From assembly GCA_035695045.1 (NCBI GenBank), contig DASSEX010000081.1:9881-73880 (forward strand): a stretch of DNA of 64,000 nt, given 5' to 3'. Position 1 is the stretch's first letter. The number at the start of each line of letters is the position of its first letter. This stretch comes from Mycobacteriales bacterium (lineage in GTDB: Bacteria > Actinomycetota > Actinomycetes > JAFAQI01). Shown piece after piece: positions 20,067 to 28,583 of the stretch. Below the pieces are notes generated by a model. That model was given only the letters and a program-made list of their open reading frames with translations, ran no database searches and was not told where the DNA came from. The translations under genes were made by a program, and so were the position numbers.

Positions 20067-20102
20067 ACGAGAACTTAATGCCCCCCGCGTAGGCTGGTCA
20101 CG

Positions 20103-21305
20103 ATGCGTCGCTTCCCAGCCGGTCTCGCCGTTGCCGCCCTGATCCTCACGGCCTGCAGTGCGACGAGCGGACAGGCCGAGCGGGTGACGACCGGGGCCTC
20201 CCCGTCCGCCTCGGCAACGGCGACCTCCTCACCGAGCCTCACGCCGCGTCCGACCCGCGCCGCCGCGTCGCTGCGCGGTCTGCTGCCGGGCATGCCGGCG
20301 CCGTTGTCGCCGACGGACATCTATGCCGCGGACCGACCTGGCCGCCTCTCCGCCGTCGTCCGGCACGACCCCGCGCTCGTCTACGTGCCCAACAGCGAGT
20401 CCGGGACGCTCGACGTCATCAGCCAGAAGACGTTCCAGATCGTGGGGCACTACCAGGTCGGCCGGCTGCCGCAGCACGTCACGCCGTCGTACGACATGCG
20501 CCGGCTCTACGTGCTGAACGACCAGGGCAACAGCGTCACGGTCATCGACCCGCGCACCGGCAAGCCGGGCCGGACGATCCCGGTCACCGACCCCTACAAC
20601 ATGTACTTCACCCCCGACGGCAAGTACGCCATCGTCGTCGCGGAGGCGTTGCAGCGTCTCGACTTCCTCAACGCCCGCACGATGCAGCTGGTGCACAGCC
20701 TTCCTGTCGACTGCTTGGGCATCGACCACGCGGACTTCACCGCGGACGGTCGATACGCCGTCTTCTCGTGCGAGTTCTCCGGCAAGCTGCTGAAGCTCGA
20801 CGTCGCGAAGCAGAAGGTCGTCGGCATGATTCACGTCAAGGAAGGCGGCTCGCCGCAGGACGTGAAGACCTCGCCGGACGGCAAGGTGATGTACGTCGCC
20901 GACCAGTACGCCAACGGCGTGCAGATCATCGATCCGAAGCGCTTCAAGGAGATCGGCTTCCTGCACACGGGCGTCGGGGCGCACGGCCTCTACGTCAACC
21001 GCTCGTCGACGTGGCTCTTCGTCACCAACCGGCGCGAGGGCAGCGTGAGCGTGATCGACCTGCGCACGCGCAAGGTGATCCACACGTGGCACATCCCCGG
21101 CGGCGGCAGCCCGGACATGGGCGGTCTGTCGGCCGACGGCAAGGTGCTGTGGTTGTCCGGCCGCTACAACAGCGTCGTCTACGCCCTCGACGCGCGGACA
21201 GGGCGCCTGCTGGCGAAGATTCCCGTCGGGTCCAGCCCGCACGGCCTCTGCGTGTACCCGCAGCCGGGGCGTTACTCGCTCGGGCACACCGGCGTCTTCA
21301 GATAA
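20103..21305 (+). CDS. lipoprotein, YVTN-family beta-propeller repeat protein
   Basis: 400 aa. A signal peptide carries the lipobox ILTAC. A Ser/Thr/Ala/Pro-rich linker is followed by repeated beta-propeller blades. Confidence 0.75.
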   Translation: MRRFPAGLAVAALILTACSATSGQAERVTTGASPSASATATSSPSLTPRPTRAAASLRGLLPGMPAPLSPTDIYAADRPGRLSAVVRHDPALVYVPNSESGTLDVISQKTFQIVGHYQVGRLPQHVTPSYDMRRLYVLNDQGNSVTVIDPRTGKPGRTIPVTDPYNMYFTPDGKYAIVVAEALQRLDFLNARTMQLVHSLPVDCLGIDHADFTADGRYAVFSCEFSGKLLKLDVAKQKVVGMIHVKEGGSPQDVKTSPDGKVMYVADQYANGVQIIDPKRFKEIGFLHTGVGAHGLYVNRSSTWLFVTNRREGSVSVIDLRTRKVIHTWHIPGGGSPDMGGLSADGKVLWLSGRYNSVVYALDARTGRLLAKIPVGSSPHGLCVYPQPGRYSLGHTGVFR

Positions 21306-22158
21306 CAGGAGGCCGGCCGGCTCGGGTCATCCGCCAGGCCGCTCTCCAGCCGATCGGACGGCGTTCGCCGCAGGGCTGACGGAGGCCGTCCCGCCACCCG
21401 CGCAGCGCCTCCCGGCGCGCGGCGCCCTGCGGCACGCGGGCGAGCGTCAGCACGAACCAGACCGCGAGGTAGACGGCGGCGACCGGCGCGGGCAGGTTGC
21501 GGCGGGCGAGCCACACCCGGTTGCGCCCCTGCATCCGGAAGTACGCCGGGTCACGCCCCGGCTGCTTCGCATCGTGCCAGCACACCAGCGCACCGGCGTA
21601 ACGCACCCGATGCCCTCCGTCGATGACGCGCCACGCGAGCTCGACGCCTTCGTGCTGGTAGAAGTACACCTCCGGCCAGCCACCGGCCGCCGCGAGCACG
21701 TCGCGCCGCGCGACGACCGCTCCCTCCCACAGCGCCGCGAGGTCACTGTCCCGGCCCGCGTCGCCGACGCGCAGCCGCGGTACGAAGGAGCGCGGCGTCT
21801 CCCCCGTCACCGGGTCGACCGGACGCAGCTGCACCACTCCGATGTCCGGGTTCGCGTCCAAGAGCTCCGCGGCCCTCGCGAGCACGTCGTCGTCGGCCAG
21901 GGCAGCGTCGTCATCGAGGAAGAACAACAGCTCGCCACTGACATGTGGCACACCCGCGTTGCGGCCGGCCGGGATGCCGACGTTCTGGGGAAGCCCGACA
22001 CCGCGCACGTCCGGAGGCAGGCCACTGGGCTGCCAACCGTTGCCGACGACGACGACGTCGAGAGAGACGCCACGTTGGGACAGGATCGAGCGCAGCGCCC
22101 GCTCCAACAGCTCCGGTCGGTTGCCCATGGTGAGGACGACGCAACCGATGCCGGTCAT
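21298..22158 (-). CDS. glycosyltransferase family 2 (short, GT-A)
   Basis: 287 aa from the internal ATG (MTGIGCVVLTMGNRPELL...), with an FLDDDA DXD motif. Its 3' end overlaps the convergent lipoprotein gene by 8 nt. The ORF-track extension to 22704 is discounted. Confidence 0.75.
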   Translation of the reverse strand: MTGIGCVVLTMGNRPELLERALRSILSQRGVSLDVVVVGNGWQPSGLPPDVRGVGLPQNVGIPAGRNAGVPHVSGELLFFLDDDAALADDDVLARAAELLDANPDIGVVQLRPVDPVTGETPRSFVPRLRVGDAGRDSDLAALWEGAVVARRDVLAAAGGWPEVYFYQHEGVELAWRVIDGGHRVRYAGALVCWHDAKQPGRDPAYFRMQGRNRVWLARRNLPAPVAAVYLAVWFVLTLARVPQGAARREALRGWRDGLRQPCGERRPIGWRAAWRMTRAGRPPVI

Positions 22159-22946
22159 CGCAGTCGCGCTGACGTCAGGATCGTCAGCAGATGCAGCAGG
22201 CAGACGAGGACGCCGACGACGGCGAGGACGACGGCAAGCACCTGATGACCGACGGTCGAACCCGCGACCAGGTCGACGACGGCGACCGCCACGAGGACCA
22301 CCGACAGGTCCCAGGCGAGCAAGAGACGGTTGATCGGGACGGCGTACGCGAGACGGCGTAGCCGGCGGATCCCGGAGACCTGCGGCGCGACAGCCGTCGG
22401 CTCGAAACGAGGCAGCCCGACATAGGCACGCGCCACGTGCACGAGGTCGGTCTCCGCCCTGCTGACCAGGACGAGCACGGCGCCGAGCAGCCCGAGTGTC
22501 GTCCAGCCGCCGATCGACCCGAGGCCACCGTCGGCATGCACCCCGACCGCGCACACGACGGCTGCGTCGGTCGTGTAGTGGCCGAAGCGGTCGAGGTAGA
22601 TCCCGCGCGGACTGCTCCACTGACGCCAGCGCGCGAGTTCTCCGTCCGAACAGTCGCAGAGCAGCTGCAGCTGGATGAGTGCGACCGCGACGAAGTCGGA
22701 CCACGCCGACGGCACGGTGAGCACCAGCGCCGCGGCCAGCCCGCTGACCACCATCAGCCAGGTGAGGCCGTCCGGCGTTGCCCTGGTGGGGATCAGCGCC
22801 CGGGTGAAGTGCAGCGACACCCGGCGCATGTAGAGCCGGCCCATCCAGTGCTCGCGACTCACGTCCTCGACGAGCGCCGGCGGATGAACGATCGCGCGCA
22901 GCTCCTCGAGCGAGGGCCGCGTGCGCTCAGCCGAAGGCGGCGACAT
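22155..22946 (-). CDS. CDP-alcohol phosphatidyltransferase family protein
   Basis: 263 aa polytopic membrane protein carrying the CDP-OH_P_transf motif DCSDGELARWRQWSSPRGIYLDRFGHYTTDA (D-x2-DG-x2-AR...G-x3-D-x3-D). Confidence 0.8.
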   Translation of the reverse strand: MSPPSAERTRPSLEELRAIVHPPALVEDVSREHWMGRLYMRRVSLHFTRALIPTRATPDGLTWLMVVSGLAAALVLTVPSAWSDFVAVALIQLQLLCDCSDGELARWRQWSSPRGIYLDRFGHYTTDAAVVCAVGVHADGGLGSIGGWTTLGLLGAVLVLVSRAETDLVHVARAYVGLPRFEPTAVAPQVSGIRRLRRLAYAVPINRLLLAWDLSVVLVAVAVVDLVAGSTVGHQVLAVVLAVVGVLVCLLHLLTILTSARLR

Positions 22947-23964
22947 AGTCGTCGACCCGCTTGCGGACGTCCGCCTCCGGCAGGTCGAGGTGCTCGAGGA
23001 TCGTGAACCGTTCGGGCCGCGTCGTCGGGGCGTGCACCACAGCGGCGGTGAACTGCTCGCTGGTGAGCGTGATGTCTCCCGGCAGCCTCGGCAGCTGGTG
23101 CCGCCGCAGGCACTCGTCGATCAGCTGCTGCTGCCTCTGGTCGCCGCGTAGGAACGCACAGAAGAGCGCGCCGACACCGGCGAGCTCGCCGTGGTTGCTC
23201 ACGCCCGGGAAGAGCTGGTCGATGGCATGGAGGATCTCGTGGTCGCCGCCGCTGCAGGGCCGGCTGCTGCCGGCGACCGCCATTGCCAGGCCGGACAGGA
23301 TCAGCGCCTCGGCGAGGGTCACCAGGAAGTCGGCCGACTCGATCGAGTCGGGCCTGAAGACGACGGCGTCCGCTGCCGCGCGCGCCATGGCCGCGGCGAG
23401 CCCGTCGATCTGCTCGCCGCGCTCGTCGGCCGCGAGCTGCCAGTCGGACAGAGCGGACAGGTTGCTGACCACGTCGCCGATGCCGGACCGCACCATCCGC
23501 TCGGGCGCGCGCTGCACGTAGTCGAGGTCGACGAACACGGCGAGCGGGATGTGCACGCCGTACGAGCCCTTCCGTCCTTCGTGCTCCAGCGACGCGACCG
23601 GTGACGCGATGCCGTCGTGCGACAGGTTGGTCGCGACCGCGACCATCGGCAGGCCGGTCAGGCTCGCGGTGTACTTCGCGACGTCGAGCGTCCGCCCGCC
23701 GCCGATGCCGACGACGGCGTCGTACGACGACTGACGCAGGCGCACCGCGAGCTCACGGGCGGAGTCGACGGATGCTTCCTCCACCGGCAGGACATCGGCG
23801 TCGGTGAGGGTCGGCGCGAGCACCTCCGCGATGGCCTCGCCCTGGCCGGGACCGACGAGGACGGCGACCCTCCCCCCGGCGGAGATGCCACCCTCGGCGA
23901 GCAGCCGGCGAAGTCCCGTGATCGCGCCGCGCCGCACGTCGACCGTGAGCGGCGACGCGATCAT
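22927..23964 (-). CDS. iron-containing alcohol dehydrogenase superfamily; sn-glycerol-1-phosphate dehydrogenase (AraM/EgsA)-like or glycerol dehydrogenase-like
   Basis: 346 aa from the internal ATG (MIASPLTVDV...). Contains the GIGGGRTLDVAKYTA glycine-rich NAD(P) loop and a DHE/HxxxH metal-site region. Its size and motifs fit G1PDH better than 3-dehydroquinate synthase. Confidence 0.6.
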   Translation of the reverse strand: MIASPLTVDVRRGAITGLRRLLAEGGISAGGRVAVLVGPGQGEAIAEVLAPTLTDADVLPVEEASVDSARELAVRLRQSSYDAVVGIGGGRTLDVAKYTASLTGLPMVAVATNLSHDGIASPVASLEHEGRKGSYGVHIPLAVFVDLDYVQRAPERMVRSGIGDVVSNLSALSDWQLAADERGEQIDGLAAAMARAAADAVVFRPDSIESADFLVTLAEALILSGLAMAVAGSSRPCSGGDHEILHAIDQLFPGVSNHGELAGVGALFCAFLRGDQRQQQLIDECLRRHQLPRLPGDITLTSEQFTAAVVHAPTTRPERFTILEHLDLPEADVRKRVDDYVAAFG

Positions 23965-23969
23965 CCGGG

Positions 23970-24701
23970 CTAGTAGTGGCACGCGATCTCCCGCGCCTTC
24001 GCGAGGTCGTCGTGGTTGTCGACCTCGACCCACGCGACCGTCCCGATCGGCGCGACATCGACCAGGCCGCCGCGGTCGGCGTACTCCTGGTAGCCGTCCT
24101 CGTAGTAGAGGCCGGTGTCCCGGCGCCAGGTCGCCTCGAGCGCCTCCGCGAGCCCGTCGGCTGCGGCAGGGGCGATCCGGGTCACGCCGATGTACTCCCC
24201 CGCAACCTCCGCCGGGTCGAGCTCTTTGTTGATGCGGGTCATCGTCCCGGCCGGACCGAGGATGATCTTCATCTCCTCCTCGGCGAGCGGCTTCACGTCG
24301 TCCATCGCGAGGAGGATCTCCCGTGGCTCCGTGGCGAGCAGAGTCTTCTCCACGGAATCGGGATGCACGGTGTCGCCGTTGCACAACAGCACACCCTCGG
24401 CGAAGAACTCACGCGCCAGCCACAGCGAGTAGGCGTTGTTCCACACCGTCGCCCTGTCGTTGAAGACGGTCCGCAGCCGGACACCGTGCCGTCGCTGCAG
24501 CGCCTCGACGCGGTTGTCGATCTGGTGCGCCGCGAAGCCGGTGACCACGACCACATCGGTCAGGCCCACCTGCGCGAGGTTGTGCAACGCGATGTCGAGG
24601 ATCGACGTGTCGTCGGCGACCGACAGGAGCGTCTTCGGAAGGTCGTCCGTCAACGGGGAGAGCCGGCGACCCGCGCCCGCGGCGAGAACGACTCCGATCA
24701 T
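23970..24701 (-). CDS. sugar/polyol-phosphate nucleotidyltransferase (GlmU/RmlA-like N-terminal fold; LicC/IPCT-like cytidylyltransferase)
   Basis: 243 aa. Contains the MIGVVLAAGAGRRLSPLTDDLPKTLL GxGxR(L) nucleotide loop. This is not the small TagD (HxGH) class. Confidence 0.75.
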   Translation of the reverse strand: MIGVVLAAGAGRRLSPLTDDLPKTLLSVADDTSILDIALHNLAQVGLTDVVVVTGFAAHQIDNRVEALQRRHGVRLRTVFNDRATVWNNAYSLWLAREFFAEGVLLCNGDTVHPDSVEKTLLATEPREILLAMDDVKPLAEEEMKIILGPAGTMTRINKELDPAEVAGEYIGVTRIAPAAADGLAEALEATWRRDTGLYYEDGYQEYADRGGLVDVAPIGTVAWVEVDNHDDLAKAREIACHY

Positions 24702-27682
24702 GCGCCAACCTCATCACACGCGGCCCTCAGACCTGCGCACCGCTCGACGAGGAAGTCGGCGACGGCGGCCGCTGCGCGTCCTTGGTCGTACTCCGCGAAC
24801 CGCACCCGAGCAGCGGCCCGCAACGATGCGCTGTCGTGCCGCGTTCGCTCGAGATCGGCGAGCAAGGCCGCCAGCGCCTCGTCGTCGTGCACGACCGGGC
24901 CGGGGGCGGCCTCGGCGATGTCGACGTACGCCGGCGGCGCCGTTCCGTGCACCGTGCGCCCGATCTCGCAGCGGCAGCCGACGAGGATGACCGGCCGGTC
25001 GCGGAGCACGATGTCGAACATCGCCGGGTGATGGTCGGTGACGAGGACGTCGGCGGCAAGCAGCAACTGCTCGAGCGGCCCGTCGCCGAGACGGAGAACG
25101 CGCGCGCCTCCGAACGCGACCGCGGAGCCGACCTCGGCCGGCCGGTCGCAGTCCCGCAGGTGAAGCACGGCGAGGTCCTCGGGGCGCACCCCGACCGCCG
25201 CCCGGGCGGCGTGGACCGACGCCGCGTCGTCGTGGACCAGAGCGTCGTTACGCGGGAGTCCTACCGGCAACGTCTGCGCCGTGTGCCGGAACGCGCGCGC
25301 CAGCACGTCCTCGTCGTACGGCGCCCGCACGCACACCGCGTCCCACCGATCGACACTGCGGCGCAGCGCAAGCCGGTCGTCGTTGCTCGCCCGGCGCATC
25401 TGCGGGGCGTCGAAGCCGACCCACCGCAACGGGGTGAACCTCGGGATGTGCACGTACACGGTGCTCGGCGACTTCACCGTCTCGCGCGGGAATCCGCTGT
25501 CGTCGACCCATGCCTCCGCTCGAGCGAGAGCAGAGTAGTAGGCCCAGGAGCCATGCCTGACGAGGCGCACGTCCGTGGGGAACACGGTGGTGTCGCCGGC
25601 GTGCACCCAGATCGGCTCGATGGGCAAACGCCTTCGGCGGAGCTCGTCGAAGACGGCACGCGGGCTTCCGCCGAACGCTGCACCGTCCTCGCTCTGGAAC
25701 ACCACCGACCGCGGCCGGGTGCGGGCCGGCCGAAGGGCGCGAGCCAACACCTCCTCACGCACCCGCGGGTGCGCGGGGTGCCGGGCCAACGTCGCCGCCC
25801 GCCGGGCGGTCTGCCGGGCGCGTCGCAGACCGGGCGACCGGAGAACCCGCTGACCCGCCTTGTGTACCGCCTGTGCACTGCGTGTGCCCGGAACCCACTC
25901 GAGAGCGAGGTCCCCCTGGGGCGTGACGAGGGTCTGGAGGCGGTCGGCAGCGAACCGGCCGGCGAGGGGTCGACCGGACAGATGCAGCCCGTCCCAGTCG
26001 GCATTCCGGACGGTCAACCGGGACTCGTTCACCTCGCTGCCGACGGACAGCTGCAGCCGCAGGTCCCAGACCCGATCGACGAAGCCGAGCGCCCTGATGG
26101 TCTGTCTGGTGTCGACGGTTGCAGTCCACTCGATGTCGCCGGTGTCCGGTTCACGTCGCAGGTCGAGGACCGGCACAGAGCCCGAGCGACGGCCGCGCCG
26201 GGGGCGGGCGATGAGGCGGGCGGCGACAGGAGCCTCCGACGGGATCCGGCCGAGCTGGTTGAGCAGTCGCCCACGCAGCTCTAGCCGATGACCGTGCACC
26301 TGCAGCTGCGTCACCTCGTCATAGAGGTCGAGGGAGGGCAGGGCCAGCTCCTGGAACCCGAGCTCTGTGACGTCGAAGAACGGCGCATCCGCGGCGGCTT
26401 CCAGTCCACGTTCGTCCCAGAACACCCGACCGGACCGCTCCAGGAGCCTCGTCGAGAGCTTGCGTCCGTGCGCCACGTAGTCGATGGCGCCGAACAGGCC
26501 GGCCTCGTCGTCATGCAGGAGGTACCACCCGACGAGTGCCTGGAGAGGATGGACGCGGGCGAACGCGGCGGCATCCAGCGTTTCCAGATAGCTCCTTGCG
26601 ACTCGGCCGAACTCCTCGCGGAACGCCGAGTCTCGGAACGGCAGATCCGGCAGGTAGAGCACGAGGTCGTGACGCAAGAACTTCAGGTCCTTGTGGAGCT
26701 TCAGCTGCGTTGCACCATGCGCCCGGAACTGCTCATCGAGCAGGCGATGCACGCGGACGCGGTCCTCGAAGTTGCGCAGCTCGGATCTCCGGTTGGAGAT
26801 CGAGGGGGTGTCGAGCGACTCGACCACGTTCCATCGGTAGACGACGTCCGGCACCAAGGTGAACCGGCGTGCGAGGAGGTAGACCTCCCCCGAGAAGAGC
26901 AGGTCTTCGTAGTGGACGCCTTCCGGGAAGCGCAGCGCATTGCGTTGGAGGAAGTCACGTCGGTAGCACTTGTTGGTGGACAAGGTGTCGTACAGCAGGT
27001 CGGGGTTCTCGAGGATCGACTCGTACGTCGTCCGTCTCGTGTAGAGCCACCGGTACCACGGCGACACTGCGCCGCCCTTGCTCAGGTGGACCCTGTGGCA
27101 GAGCCCAGACGAGAAGTCCGCCTCGTCTGCCTCCGCGGCGGCGACGAGAGTCGCGCAGGCAGTTCGGGGAAGCTCGTCGTCACTGTCCAGGAACATGACG
27201 TAGCGTCCGCGAGCGATGTCGATCCCGGCGTTGCGGGGACGGCTGCAGCCACCGCTGTTCTCGGCGAGCCGCTCGACCCGAATGCGGGGGTCGGCCGCGG
27301 CCAGCTTCGCAGTTACGGTCGGCGTGGCGTCAGTGCTGGCGTCGTCGATGATCACGATCTCGAGGTCGGTCATCGTCTGGCGGCGGACCGACCGGACGGC
27401 CGTGTCGAGACGGTCCGCGTCGTTGTAGACGATCACGACCACGCTCAGGAGCGGCTCGGTCGCCCTCGAGGAACGGGACGATCGGACACGGACAGGAAGA
27501 ATTCGGGCGCTCCTTAGGTTCTTCGGGTGACAGTCTCGTTGCTCCGTTGGGACTGAAGCAGGCCCCTGCCCCCGCCGAAGGAAAAGATATGCGACTCCGA
27601 CTTGTGGCCGCCGCGATCGCCGTGGCGCTTCCGACCATGGGCCTCGTGGCCACCACTGCTCCCTCTGCCGGCGCGGCGACAT
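24698..27682 (-). CDS. bifunctional GT2 / TagF-like glycerophosphotransferase fusion, second paralog (TagF-like active-site motif degenerate)
   Basis: 994 aa as the ATG-initiated ORF. The GT2 region starts near residue 78 (LLSVVVIVYNDADRL...[11 protein letters not shown]...FLDSDD), so the true start may be an internal GTG near 27440. The C-terminal TagF-like region keeps VTDHHPAMFDI but reads YVHIPRFTPLRWVGFD where paralog 1 has the WHG motif. Confidence 0.75.
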   Translation of the reverse strand: MSPRRQREQWWPRGPWSEAPRRSRRPQVGVAYLFLRRGQGPASVPTEQRDCHPKNLRSARILPVRVRSSRSSRATEPLLSVVVIVYNDADRLDTAVRSVRRQTMTDLEIVIIDDASTDATPTVTAKLAAADPRIRVERLAENSGGCSRPRNAGIDIARGRYVMFLDSDDELPRTACATLVAAAEADEADFSSGLCHRVHLSKGGAVSPWYRWLYTRRTTYESILENPDLLYDTLSTNKCYRRDFLQRNALRFPEGVHYEDLLFSGEVYLLARRFTLVPDVVYRWNVVESLDTPSISNRRSELRNFEDRVRVHRLLDEQFRAHGATQLKLHKDLKFLRHDLVLYLPDLPFRDSAFREEFGRVARSYLETLDAAAFARVHPLQALVGWYLLHDDEAGLFGAIDYVAHGRKLSTRLLERSGRVFWDERGLEAAADAPFFDVTELGFQELALPSLDLYDEVTQLQVHGHRLELRGRLLNQLGRIPSEAPVAARLIARPRRGRRSGSVPVLDLRREPDTGDIEWTATVDTRQTIRALGFVDRVWDLRLQLSVGSEVNESRLTVRNADWDGLHLSGRPLAGRFAADRLQTLVTPQGDLALEWVPGTRSAQAVHKAGQRVLRSPGLRRARQTARRAATLARHPAHPRVREEVLARALRPARTRPRSVVFQSEDGAAFGGSPRAVFDELRRRRLPIEPIWVHAGDTTVFPTDVRLVRHGSWAYYSALARAEAWVDDSGFPRETVKSPSTVYVHIPRFTPLRWVGFDAPQMRRASNDDRLALRRSVDRWDAVCVRAPYDEDVLARAFRHTAQTLPVGLPRNDALVHDDAASVHAARAAVGVRPEDLAVLHLRDCDRPAEVGSAVAFGGARVLRLGDGPLEQLLLAADVLVTDHHPAMFDIVLRDRPVILVGCRCEIGRTVHGTAPPAYVDIAEAAPGPVVHDDEALAALLADLERTRHDSASLRAAARVRFAEYDQGRAAAAVADFLVERCAGLRAACDEVGA

Positions 27683-28578
27683 CGCCCGTGCTCTTCGGTC
27701 TGACAGACAAGTGGAAGGACCAGATCAGCGCCGACAACTCGCAACTGCATCTGACCGCCGGCGTGGTCGACCTGTTCCAGCAGTGGGTCGCCACCAGCAC
27801 GAAGCGCACGACGGTGAAGAACTGGATGAGCTGGGTCCGGGGCGCCAGCGGCGCGCCCGGTGGCGCTCCCATGCTGACCCTTCAGCCACCCACGTCCGCC
27901 TCTTTGAGCTCGATCAATGCCGGGCACTACGACGCGCAACTGCGCGCGTGGGCGCACACGATTGCGTCCTGGGGCCACCCGATGTTCGTGCGGCTGTTCC
28001 CGGAGATGAATCAGAAGTCGCACAGCTACTCGCCCGGCTACGGAAGCAACACCGCCGCACAGTTCCGGACGGCGTGGCGTCACGTGGTCACACTGATGCG
28101 CAACGCCGGCGCTCACAACATTGCCTTCATCTGGTGCCCGTACCGCGTCTACTCGACCTCGACGCCACTGAAGTCGGTGTGGCCCGGTGCTTCGTATGTC
28201 AACTGGGTCGGATTCGACGCCTACAACTACGACGACTCACACCATGCCTTCGCGTGGCCGTACGCACTGTTCTCGCCCACCGTCAAGGCGATCCGCAGCA
28301 TCGCCCCGTACAAGCCGCTCGTCATCGCCGAAGTTGGCACAAGGCCCGAGAGCCAGAAGCCGACCTGGATCTCCCGCTCCGTAACGGCCGCCCAGTCGGT
28401 CGGCGCGAAGGCCATGCTCTGGTTTGACGAGAGCGCGGAGTACAACTGGCGGCTCGATTCGGCGCCAAGTCCCTCGGTGATCAACGCAGCCAGGACAGCA
28501 CTGCACTCGTCCGCGATCACCTACGCCGGCAAGTGGTCGATCGCCCGGATCGACCAGCTCGTCTCGACGGGCAAGTAG
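27589..28578 (+). CDS. secreted glycoside hydrolase, GH26-like (beta-mannanase/endoglycanase fold)
   Basis: About 329 aa from MRLRL, with signal peptide MRLRLVAAAIAVALPTMGLVATTAPSAGAA. Candidate catalytic motifs are FVRLFPEMN (acid/base Glu) and VIAEVG (nucleophile Glu). Upstream RBS is GAAGGAAAAG. Confidence 0.6.
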   Translation: MRLRLVAAAIAVALPTMGLVATTAPSAGAATSPVLFGLTDKWKDQISADNSQLHLTAGVVDLFQQWVATSTKRTTVKNWMSWVRGASGAPGGAPMLTLQPPTSASLSSINAGHYDAQLRAWAHTIASWGHPMFVRLFPEMNQKSHSYSPGYGSNTAAQFRTAWRHVVTLMRNAGAHNIAFIWCPYRVYSTSTPLKSVWPGASYVNWVGFDAYNYDDSHHAFAWPYALFSPTVKAIRSIAPYKPLVIAEVGTRPESQKPTWISRSVTAAQSVGAKAMLWFDESAEYNWRLDSAPSPSVINAARTALHSSAITYAGKWSIARIDQLVSTGK

Positions 28579-28583
28579 GCGGA

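Noticed and set aside
20229-21287. 352-aa minus-strand ORF antisense to the lipoprotein gene
   Set aside because: Shadow ORF with R/A/G/D-rich composition. The lipoprotein frame has a signal peptide, lipobox and propeller repeats.
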